Below are positions 23,629 through 32,636 of a DNA stretch of 39,272 bases, piece by piece. Below the pieces are notes generated by a model. The model was not told the origin of the DNA and searched no databases. It saw only the letters and a list, made by a program, of their open reading frames with translations. This stretch comes from Craspedostauros australis (Eukaryota): assembly GCA_030167865.1 (NCBI GenBank), contig JALAGF010005571.1, positions 1-39,272 on the forward strand, written 5' to 3'. Position 1 is the first letter of the stretch; each line of letters opens with the position of its first letter. The translations under genes and the position numbers were made by a program.

Positions 23629-24371
23629 CTTCCTGTCGTTATTATTCTTGTTGCTCTTGGGTTGATATTGCTATAGTTGTTGCTATTGCTATTGTTGTTG
23701 CTATTGTTGTGGGTTTGGTGCTTGCACTCACGCTCGCACTCGTGTTGCAATTATGATTGCAGTTGTGACGATGGACCTGTCGATGCAAGAGACCGGAATG
23801 CAATGTCCCTTCGTCCTGAGGAAGTGAATGGGAATCCGTGAAGATCTCTCTTCCATGTGTCTGCTTGCACCATCATAGTCGCCGCACATAGGCATAGGCA
23901 TAGCACAAGTGTCGTTTTCAGAGGCGAAGCACATCAACGAAGGGTTGGTCGTCGCCACATTTGTGGTCGTGTGACGGTCATGGTCACAAAGTCTCCTCTC
24001 TCCTTTTCTGTTCGGATCTGTGTCGGTGTTTGTGTCCGGAATCATTTGGATGAGACGCACAGACGAAGGATTGTATTCTTCCATTTAATCCATCTAGTCG
24101 GTCGTCCTCATCGAATTCAATCAAAGAGATCGAATGAATCGACAAGCTGGTTGAAGAAAGAAAATTGAGGTGTCAGATCTGTGATTGGCATCATCGCAAA
24201 AACGCCACGCGTGTGGTCCACACTTGTCGACGAAAGACGAACGCAGACTACAACAAGCAGGATCGATGTCGCGAAACAGATGATCCCAATCGCACAAAGC
24301 AATCTCTCATGTTTCTCGCTGTGACTGAAGTCTCACACTAGCACGATCCAAGCAACCTTCACAAGACCACG

Positions 24372-25595
24372 ATGATGAATTTGAGTTCGAGTGCGAGTAC
24401 GAAGCATAATACAAAGATGACGGCGCAGACAAGGGCCAAGTCCAGCACAGCAAGGCGAGCAATGGTGCTCGCCCTCATGGCTTGCTGCTTGTGTTCATCT
24501 CCACCAACAACATCGGCATTTGTGTCTGCGGCGTCCCAATTCAGCGCAAGACAGATGAAAGCAACATCGGGAGCAACACTAGCAACAACATCAGGAGCAA
24601 CATCAGGAGCAACATCAGGAGCAACATCAGGAGCAACATCAGCAGCGACGACGACGATGATGGTGCAGGTGAATGAAGGGCCCAGGCGGAGATCCCACTC
24701 GACCACGCAACTTCATGACTCGTCGTCATCGTCGTCAACAACAACATCGTCGACCAGAAGCAAACTTGCCTTGCTCAAGATCTTTGCGGGTGGAATAAGC
24801 ATCACGGCTCTCTTCGCGAAGCTGGGTGTGCTGGGAACGCCATACACCAACCAGATGATCGGACAGGACATCCTGGCCGCCCTCTTTTGCGCCACCGGTG
24901 CCTACGTCGTCACGCAGCTGGTCTCTGTGGCACACAATCGACACGGTCTGTCCTCCATCATTGCGCGCAAATTGATCCACACTCTGACCGGTCCTCTCTT
25001 CACCATGAGCTGGGTTCTGTTCTCTACCAACGACGTTGGCGCCAGGGTCTTTGCCGGACTGGTCACCATGATCAATGCGTACAAACTGTACAAGCAAGCG
25101 ACGGACACCGACGACGGTGGCAACGACATATCGCTGGCCAAGGCCGTGAGCCGGTCCGGCGACGTCAAGGAAGCCCTGGGTGGGCCCTTCATCTACATCG
25201 GCGTCCTGCAGTTCCTCATCTGGGCCTTCTGGCGCGACAGCATGGCGGCCGTTGTTTCCATCTGCACCATGTGCGTCGGAGACGGATTGGCGGATCTCGT
25301 GGGCCGCAAGTACGGCAAGAACAACGCCTGGTTCTTTGCGTCCAAGGACAATCGCAAATCCATGGTCGGGACGTTGGCCTTCGCGGTGGGATCGTTCGTC
25401 GCGTCAGTGGGCATCATCCAGCTCTTCGCGGCGACGGGATGCGTCACGGCCGGCGTGGCGGTCACAGCGATTTGGGACAAGCTGCTGCTCATCTGCGTCG
25501 CATGTTCCATCGTGGAATTGATTCCCTTCGGCGATGACAATTACACAGTTCCAATCGCCGCGCTCATCCTTGGGAAATTGCTGCTGCCCTCTTGA
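24372..25595 (+). CDS. VTE5: Plastid phytol/farnesol kinase (VTE5 family); true start may be a later ATG (24417 or 24462)
   Basis: ARKLIHTLTGPLF, AVSRSGDVKEALGGPFIY, GDGLADLVGRKYG, KSMVGTLAF, VELIPFGDDNYTVP. Presequence with TSA-F motif. Confidence 0.88.
   Translation: MMNLSSSASTKHNTKMTAQTRAKSSTARRAMVLALMACCLCSSPPTTSAFVSAASQFSARQMKATSGATLATTSGATSGATSGATSGATSAATTTMMVQVNEGPRRRSHSTTQLHDSSSSSSTTTSSTRSKLALLKIFAGGISITALFAKLGVLGTPYTNQMIGQDILAALFCATGAYVVTQLVSVAHNRHGLSSIIARKLIHTLTGPLFTMSWVLFSTNDVGARVFAGLVTMINAYKLYKQATDTDDGGNDISLAKAVSRSGDVKEALGGPFIYIGVLQFLIWAFWRDSMAAVVSICTMCVGDGLADLVGRKYGKNNAWFFASKDNRKSMVGTLAFAVGSFVASVGIIQLFAATGCVTAGVAVTAIWDKLLLICVACSIVELIPFGDDNYTVPIAALILGKLLLPS
24561..24644 (+). repeat. 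12-bp coding tandem repeat GCAACATCAGGA (ATSG)n in the transit peptide
   Basis: Three perfect copies at 24597-24632 plus near-perfect copies at 24561, 24585 and 24633. Confidence 0.9.
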
Positions 25596-26058
25596 GCGAT
25601 GTTGAGGGGGCGCGTGCTTGGAGGACAGTGCAGCGCAGTGCAGTGCTCGTATGGTGCATTGTTGCAGAGGATGGCACACGAAACCATAGAGTACATAGTC
25701 GAGAACTTTGACATTCCTACTTCCTGTCTCTATATCTGCATCTCCAGAGTTCATTACGTGGTAGTACAAGCCTGAAGTCATGTTGGTGCACTGTATGGTA
25801 CGTCGTGCTCTGATGATTCGGACTCGAACGCACACAATGAACGCAGGAACTGTTTGAACACAACAAGTATCTTCCATCACAACGGTCACCCTCAGTCATT
25901 CAAACAAACAAGCAAACAAACTACGGCTGCTCCACCCGCACAATGACTGCGTTTCCTCTCCTTCGATACAAGAAAGTGCGTCGCGTGTTGCACGAGTATA
26001 CGTAACGATCGTGCTTATTAGAATAAAATACTCTTACTCTGTTCGTTTCTTATGCTGA

Positions 26059-26082
26059 GTTGTTGTTGTTGTTGTTGTTGTT
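26059..26082. repeat. (GTT)8 microsatellite immediately 3' of the SECIS (minus-strand sense)
   Basis: Read directly. Confidence 0.9.
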
Positions 26083-26085
26083 TGT

Positions 26086-26164
26086 CAATTCCAGAATGGT
26101 ATTTCTGTCGAAAGTTCAGCCTCCATCGTTAGATGGTTCGGCAAAACTCTGTCATTCTGCATTG
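26086..26164 (-). promoter_or_regulatory. Eukaryotic type II SECIS element in the 3' UTR of the 27643-26519 gene
   Basis: Minus strand: A-UGAC (26155-26151) / AGAGUUUUGCC / GAA / CCAUC-UAAC-GAUGG / A / GGCUGAACUUU / CGAC (26110-26107). This gives a tandem GA/GA quartet, an 11-bp helix II with one U-U mismatch, unpaired AA at the base of the apical region and a 5-bp mini-helix. Plausible helix I: CAAU-G-CAGA / UCUG-GA-AUUG. Confidence 0.85.
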
Positions 26165-26518
26165 CGACGATGATGATCGTGATGATGTCCTCTCATGTTG
26201 ATACATGGAGAGTACCATACCATGTCATACGTCGCATGCATTGAATACCAATTTCATGAACTTGACGGTGCGAGAGATGTCCCCATGCAAACCCTCCATT
26301 CGTGTCGCAATGGTCGAAAGTCAGAATGCAACAGATTCGTTTCTGTTGGTTCAGTTCTCATCGTGCGAGGATGGATTTGCATTTCATGGTGTTGCTGGAT
26401 GTGCTGTTTGTGTCGGTGCCGTTGCTGTGTTGCGTTTTGGCTTCAATCTTAAATACTGGAAGCGACGGCAGTAACATTACAATCCGCAACTACCATGTGG
26501 CATTGGGCATCTCTTTCT

Positions 26519-27643
26519 TTAACCTCAGGTGTTGAGCTGTGGGAGGTCAGAAATAGTCTTGGCCTGGCCCGGCCTCATCTTTCGCTTGCCGCGCTTTGGT
26601 GGTTTGCCAAAATTCTTGGCCTTCTCCTCCAGCGCAGTTCTCAGCGTTTGTGAGACTTCGGTCTTCTGCAATGCAATGTATCGCGTTGTGTTGTATTGTG
26701 TTGTATTGTATTGAGTTTGGTTGATTTTCGGGGTGTTGCCGTTTGTGAGGTGTGAAATGGGAGTGTTCGAGTGATTGGAACAATGCGATGCGTCAGATGA
26801 TTAGAATCCACATCGTATTCTTGTGTACGCAATGGTCTCGAGTTGATCCAGCATGCAATGCAAACGAGATGACACCTGATGCAACCCCAAGCAAGTGAAC
26901 CGATTGAGTTCTTTTGATCCACCCGAATTCTCAAGACACGCAGGCAAACATCCCACTCCAACGGTCAACTCATGGGCTATCCATTCATCCATTCGTTGCT
27001 TCTTCATCCGTTGCTTCATCCATCAATTGTATTTGGAATTCATTCGATAACGGCGACCAACCATGGTTCCATTGCTGAATAGGACACTCACTCTGCCGTA
27101 GTCCAAGTTGAACAAGGATTTGAAGTATCCCCGTGTCATCTTCATGACGGTGAAGGGGTTGAGGCAGGCACGGATGATGTAGGGGATGAACTTGAAGAGC
27201 GACTTGTTCTTTCTGCTCTTGGGTTGCGTGCTGAGCTCGGCATTGACCGCCGCCTTGGCTTCCTGCTTCACGGCCTGCTTGGCCTTTCTGGCGGACTTGA
27301 TGGTGGATCTAGCCAATTTGATGTCCACTTCATCTTCCTCCTCCTCTTCATCGTATTCGTCATCGATATCCTTCATGCTGGCGGCCACAGACGCGCCTCC
27401 TCTGGTGCTCAGTGCCGCAGATTCGGAAGACAGCTGCGACGTCAGCCTGGTAGTTGATGTAGATGACGTTGCGACAAATGCGGGAGATCCGCCTTGCTGT
27501 GTGAGCTGCGATGCCTTGAGGAATGCATCGCTGCGCTGCACGAGGGCCAGCAACAGAAGGCCAACGAACACCATCGTGCAGGAAGGGCCCTGGCGCAGCG
27601 ACATCCTTGGCGCGCTCGTAGGAGCACGGATGCTATTGCTCAT
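26519..27643 (-). CDS. Candidate selenoprotein (SelK/SelS-like C-terminus) with signal peptide; exons 27643-27092 and 26665-26519; UGA at 26527-26525 read as Sec (up to 232 aa)
   Basis: Exon 1 ends ...GYFKSLFNLDYGR|GTGAGT. Exon 2 after TTGCAG reads KTEVSQTLRTALEEKAKNFGKPPKRGKRKMRPGQAKTISDLPQLNT-TGA-GGT-TAA. SECIS about 370 nt downstream. Alternative starts at 27604 and 27574. Confidence 0.8.
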
Positions 27644-28351
27644 GGTGTATGGAGCCTGTTTCCTCGACTCAACTCAACTCGAATTCAATTGATTGATGAT
27701 CAGTGGCTGAGTTTGGGATCAGCAGCGGCGTCTTCAAAGAATTGTGTTGTGATGGGATGGGATGCGGTGTGGTGTGATGTTGGGCACGACACGTGCACAA
27801 CAGTCAACATCGTGGACATTCGTCCGTTCGTTTGTTGTCGATCGTGTTGTTTGTGGCTTGTTGTCCACGTTGTTGTTGGAGGCAATAGCGAGTCTGTCCT
27901 TCCACCGTTTGCGACGTGGAAGTCAACTCAAGAGGTTTTCGTTCGCGTTCTTTTCGTATCGAGCATTGATTTGGTCTGTACTTCAGTACGGTATCGGCGA
28001 GGTTCTTGAGCACGTTTCAAACGTTTATCATGATTAGATGGATGTGCTAAATCGCGATCATCATTTTTCTTCGATGCACGACACAGCCATTCATTCGAAT
28101 TCCGCAACCGCAGAAACAACACCAAGAAAAGCAACAACAACAGGATTGGCCACAGGCTGACATCAACTGCCTCCATCACAAGTGCCACAAAAGAGATTGG
28201 TGCAGCTGGCTCCACCACAAGTGCCACAAATCTCCAACACAACGCAACACAAAGCAGATATTATACCAGATACCAGACAACAGACAACAGACAACAGATA
28301 GAGAAAAGAGAGCAAACGATCTATTACATTGTATAGTATTATACGAACAGG

Positions 28352-30511
28352 ATGCCACGCAACAAGGGAACCTCCCGCAAGGGCAAGCCGAAGAAGCATG
28401 AGCGCGCCGCAGGAATGGGCCGAGCGCTGATCAGAGCGCAGCCCAATCGCCACCGATCCAAGGCGAGCACGGGAGGCATGGCCATGCGCAACGGCGTGGA
28501 CTCGATCAACGTGCAGGAGGAGGATCACCGGATCTCCGTGCTGGAGATGAACGATCTCGACGACTTCCTGGTGCAGGCCGAGATGGCCAACCGCGAGTTC
28601 TCGTCCGAGAAGGAGCAGATGGTCATCCTGGACGAGACCACGCAGGCGGTGCAAGACATGCGCGACGAGCGGCCCAACTCCATCTCCTGGTCGGACCAGC
28701 CCGCCAACGTCACGGCATCGCAGGATACCTTCGCCTTCCAGGAGCTCAGCGTTCCAAGGCGCCCGGCATGGGACGAGAACACCACGCCGGAGGACCTCGA
28801 CGTCAAGGAGAAGGAGTCCTTCCTGGAGTGGCGTCGCCAGATCGCCAAGAACGAGGAGAAGATCGCGGCCCGAAATCTCGGCGTCACGCCCTTCGAAAAG
28901 AACATTGAGATTTGGCGTCAGCTGTGGAGAGTCATGGAGCGGTGCTCCTGCATCGTGCAGATCGTCGACGCCCGCAACCCGCTCTTCTACTTGTCCAAGG
29001 ACCTCAAGAAGTACGCCACGCAAGAGCTCGGCAGGCCCATGCTCCTGCTCATCAACAAGAGCGACTTCCTGACGCCGGCGCAGCGGCAGGCGTGGCACGA
29101 GTATTTTTCGGATCCGGAGCATCCCTGGGATCACATCTTCTTCTCCGCGCACATCGAGCAGAAGAAGCTGGATGAGCACCCGTCGATGGATGTAGTGGAC
29201 GAGAATAACGCCGTCAACTCTGCGCTCATCGCCGATGCCTTGAAGGATGGTAGTCAAGCCGACGAAGCTGACGACGACGACGACGACGACGATGACGATG
29301 AGGAGGATGCAAGCGATAATGACACCAAAGATGAAGCAGATGCCACAGAAGATGCGAATGGTGAGAACGATGACGCCAACGACGCGACTGATGCACAGCA
29401 AACAACAAAGAAGAACGCGTTGGATGACCTCGGCATCGACGTCCCACTGACACGCGAGGCATTGCTGGAATGGTTGCACGCGTATGCGACGCAGCACAAC
29501 TGCGCCACAGACAAGCACCACGACAGGATTCCGTTTGGCATGGTGGGATTCCCCAACGTCGGAAAATCTTCCGTCATCAACGTCCTCATGGGCAACGCCA
29601 AGCACAGCCACAACGTCGTGCGCGTGGGAGTCGCCGCCCAACCAGGCAAGACCAAGCACTTTCAGACGCTGCTGCTGCCGTCGCGCGACGACATGCTCCT
29701 CTGCGATTGTCCGGGTTTGGTCTTCCCATCCTTCGTCAATCACACTGCAGACCTGCTGGCCGCAGGGGTCTACCCCATCTCGCAGATGAGAGACCCGTGG
29801 CCAGTTCTCAATCTGCTGTGCAAACGCATTCCGCGCGACGTCCTCAATGCGCAGTACGGCATCCAAATACCACAACCGGCACCCGATGCGTACTTGAATT
29901 ACACCGGCGAGCACGGCTCCGTCCCTCCTCCCACCGCCGAAGAATTCCTCTCCACCTACTGCATCGCGCGCGGAATGCTGGCCGCGTCCAGCGGTGTGCC
30001 GGACCACACGCGTGCCTCGCGCATCGTCATCAAGGACTACGCCACGGGCAAGCTTCTGTTCTGCCACCCTCCGCCGACGTGCGAGGACGCAAAGGCTTTC
30101 TACGACGAGACCTTGCAAAATGCGATGCAAAACACGAGAAGGTTGCGCGAAAAGTTGGCAATCGAACAGCAGCATCAGGCGGACGCCAAGGCATCCAAAG
30201 GAGGGCACGGTGCGGATGACGACGGCGATGTCGGCATCGACGACGAGGATGACATGCTGCTCGAACTGATGGGAGGCGCCGGCATATCGTTGGCATCCAC
30301 TCCCGTTCCCAAGAAGACACGCACCAAGAAATGGGGAAAGAAGGGTCGCAAACTCCGCAACAAGGATCCCTACGGTTGCCACACCAACCCAGACGAGGGT
30401 CTTGCCGACGATGCCTCACCCGTGGGTGTCCACGTCAAGACCGGCAAGAAGAATCGAAAGAAGGGTTACACAAGGCCAGTGGGCTATGGCGGTGTCCGTG
30501 CGATCAGTTAA
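28352..30511 (+). CDS. LSG1: Large subunit GTPase 1 (circularly permuted GTPase, 60S maturation)
   Basis: TPFEKNIEIWRQLWRV, QIVDARNPLFY, G4 NKSD, G5 FFSA, G1 GFPNVGKSS, G2 PGKTKHFQT, G3 DCPGLVFP. Confidence 0.96.
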   Translation: MPRNKGTSRKGKPKKHERAAGMGRALIRAQPNRHRSKASTGGMAMRNGVDSINVQEEDHRISVLEMNDLDDFLVQAEMANREFSSEKEQMVILDETTQAVQDMRDERPNSISWSDQPANVTASQDTFAFQELSVPRRPAWDENTTPEDLDVKEKESFLEWRRQIAKNEEKIAARNLGVTPFEKNIEIWRQLWRVMERCSCIVQIVDARNPLFYLSKDLKKYATQELGRPMLLLINKSDFLTPAQRQAWHEYFSDPEHPWDHIFFSAHIEQKKLDEHPSMDVVDENNAVNSALIADALKDGSQADEADDDDDDDDDDEEDASDNDTKDEADATEDANGENDDANDATDAQQTTKKNALDDLGIDVPLTREALLEWLHAYATQHNCATDKHHDRIPFGMVGFPNVGKSSVINVLMGNAKHSHNVVRVGVAAQPGKTKHFQTLLLPSRDDMLLCDCPGLVFPSFVNHTADLLAAGVYPISQMRDPWPVLNLLCKRIPRDVLNAQYGIQIPQPAPDAYLNYTGEHGSVPPPTAEEFLSTYCIARGMLAASSGVPDHTRASRIVIKDYATGKLLFCHPPPTCEDAKAFYDETLQNAMQNTRRLREKLAIEQQHQADAKASKGGHGADDDGDVGIDDEDDMLLELMGGAGISLASTPVPKKTRTKKWGKKGRKLRNKDPYGCHTNPDEGLADDASPVGVHVKTGKKNRKKGYTRPVGYGGVRAIS

Positions 30512-30868
30512 ACAGAACGTTCACGCAATGCGCTAGTCCACCCAAAATGAAGTCATCCCACCACGATACAATGCAGCAAGATGATTTTCTCTACCTGCTC
30601 TGTTGAAGTCTCAGATCTCTTTGGTGCTGCCTGCCTATTATTATAGAATAGTTGTTGTGAGTTGTACGTACATAGCTGTGCATCGTGGAGTGCGTCGCGT
30701 CCTCTCGATTGGATCGTAGACTATCTCTAGAGAGGAATTGTTCTGTTCGCTCACTGTCGTTGTTCTGCCACCAACAAAAGAGCAAACATGTTCACATCAA
30801 ACAACTCCCGATCACCACCATACGTACGACTAGTCGCACACAAACAGACATCACTCGTACGCTGATGA

Positions 30869-32467
30869 ATGAGTGCATGGCACATGGCCTCGCAAGCACA
30901 AGGAGTGTCACGATCGGCATACGTGGGGCAGCTTCGCAGGGCCTTCTTGCTGCGCGTCCATCCCGATCGGTTCCGAAGCCATGGCGCTGCGATTCAATCT
31001 CAGCAGGCCAAGCTCGTGGTGGCCATCGGCGAGCGTCTCAATGACCTGGACTTCCAGAGCTACGTCGGCAACGCCAATCCCCATTCGAGGCAAGCGCTGA
31101 TGCACAACCGCGGCAGCGCCAGCGCCCAAGCAGCCATCGATGACTTCATGTACTTCCTCGAACGGCGAGACGGATCGCTGCTGACGAACCAGCTGCGTCT
31201 CAGCGCGGCCAGCACTCCGTTTGAAATCCTCACGGATATTGCCAAGGCATTGAAAGCGTGCGGCGCTGCCGTGTCCATGCCACCGCCTCCATCAACGATC
31301 GAAGAAGCGGCCAGCGAGTTCTCTCCGACGCACGCAGGCTTCGGTCCGAACGGCGCCTCCGATCCCTTCCGAGACTTCATGGAGCAGCATTCGAGGCACC
31401 GAACACGCGGTGTGAACACTGAGAAAGGCAGGGACATCGTCCACTTCCTCAGCAACTTGGACCGCGACTACATCGAGCAATGCAAGGCATCTCGATTGGC
31501 CGCGTCGACAGCAGCTCTCGTAGCGCGCCGCATGTTTTCGTTCCAATCCATCGACGGCACGAGGACGGGATGGTCCTCCGAATCATTCTGCAAGATCCTC
31601 AAGTCCCTGATCCATTTGCACGACGAGCACGGTGATGGGTTGACGCAGTCCTTCTACCCCTTGCGCCTCGTCTTCACATCGGACGACATGCAAGGCTCGT
31701 ACGACCTGTACGGCGGCGAAGTCCTGTTGCATCCCGGAATGACGCCCAACCAGTGGCTTCCCATCTTGAAGGCGATCACCTCCAACGACATTGATGTCTT
31801 TCGACGCAACCGGCAGCTCTTGAATGATCGACAGGCCCTGCTGCAGCAGATGCTCGGCATTCGAATCTCCAAGGGCCACAGCTGCAGCTCCTTGGAATTT
31901 CATCGTTGCTTGGACAAATATGCATCCGCGTTGGTCACCATGTCGGCAGCAACAACCCTACCGGCACCCTACCAGTACACTGCCAGCACATTCCTGGGCG
32001 TCGGCAAAGGCAAGGGCAACGCAAACATCGAGCGAACAGGCATGGGAGTACAACGGTCCTTTTCCAATGTCCACATCGTCGTCGAATCACCTCAGGCATC
32101 GCGAGCACCGCGCGTCGCGAAGACGGGAAGCATCCAGATCAACTACCAGCTGGACCTGGAGCGACTCATCGCGTCCATTCAACGACTCGAAGAGGCGGCG
32201 ACAGCGGCCGCTGTCAAGCATCAAGACAGCGTCGCCAGATACAAGCAACTCATCAAGCAAGCGCAATGGGATCTGGGAATCCAAACTGTTCGCAAGGTTG
32301 GTCATGTCGATCATGAGGACTGTTGCCGATGCTTGATGAGGCTGCTGCAACGCAAGGATGACATGCGCGGCATGCTGTCGGGCATGTCCATCAAGATTGC
32401 GAGCCCTGGCAATTTTTGTTCCATTGGCGATGATGGCAGCTTGCTCCTTCCTTGCGATTTTGCATGA
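30869..32467 (+). CDS. TCAIM-like protein (DUF4460/DUF4461) with J-domain-like HPD motif
   Basis: N-terminal LRRAFLLRVHPDRF, central GWSSESF...L..L, and C-terminal SIGDDGSLLLPCDF resemble the TCAIM family ends (recalled similarity, not searched). Confidence 0.6.
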   Translation: MSAWHMASQAQGVSRSAYVGQLRRAFLLRVHPDRFRSHGAAIQSQQAKLVVAIGERLNDLDFQSYVGNANPHSRQALMHNRGSASAQAAIDDFMYFLERRDGSLLTNQLRLSAASTPFEILTDIAKALKACGAAVSMPPPPSTIEEAASEFSPTHAGFGPNGASDPFRDFMEQHSRHRTRGVNTEKGRDIVHFLSNLDRDYIEQCKASRLAASTAALVARRMFSFQSIDGTRTGWSSESFCKILKSLIHLHDEHGDGLTQSFYPLRLVFTSDDMQGSYDLYGGEVLLHPGMTPNQWLPILKAITSNDIDVFRRNRQLLNDRQALLQQMLGIRISKGHSCSSLEFHRCLDKYASALVTMSAATTLPAPYQYTASTFLGVGKGKGNANIERTGMGVQRSFSNVHIVVESPQASRAPRVAKTGSIQINYQLDLERLIASIQRLEEAATAAAVKHQDSVARYKQLIKQAQWDLGIQTVRKVGHVDHEDCCRCLMRLLQRKDDMRGMLSGMSIKIASPGNFCSIGDDGSLLLPCDFA

Positions 32468-32636
32468 CCGCAGAACAAGGTGGGGAGATGGGTCGAGCGC
32501 AATCCAAGAACAACAAACACTCTCCCTCTATATGCTAGAGCATTTCATAATGCATACGAACACACTAGAGAGAAAGAAGAGGAAGAAGAACAGCCTGGAT
32601 TTTCTTTGCATTTATGGTGCACTTGCGTACTCTATC

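Noticed and set aside
28163..30382. 739-aa antisense ORF over LSG1
   Set aside because: Antisense shadow of a strongly codon-biased gene with no recognisable domain. The same applies to the ORFs opposite UNC-45, P4H, DHDPS and pol.
4488..32467. Sec recoding at the other TGA stops (TAF6, POP4, dapA, LysM, P4H, VTE5, TCAIM-like)
   Set aside because: Where the family is known, the proteins are complete at the TGA and are not selenoprotein families, and I noticed no SECIS-like hairpin behind them (not exhaustively searched).
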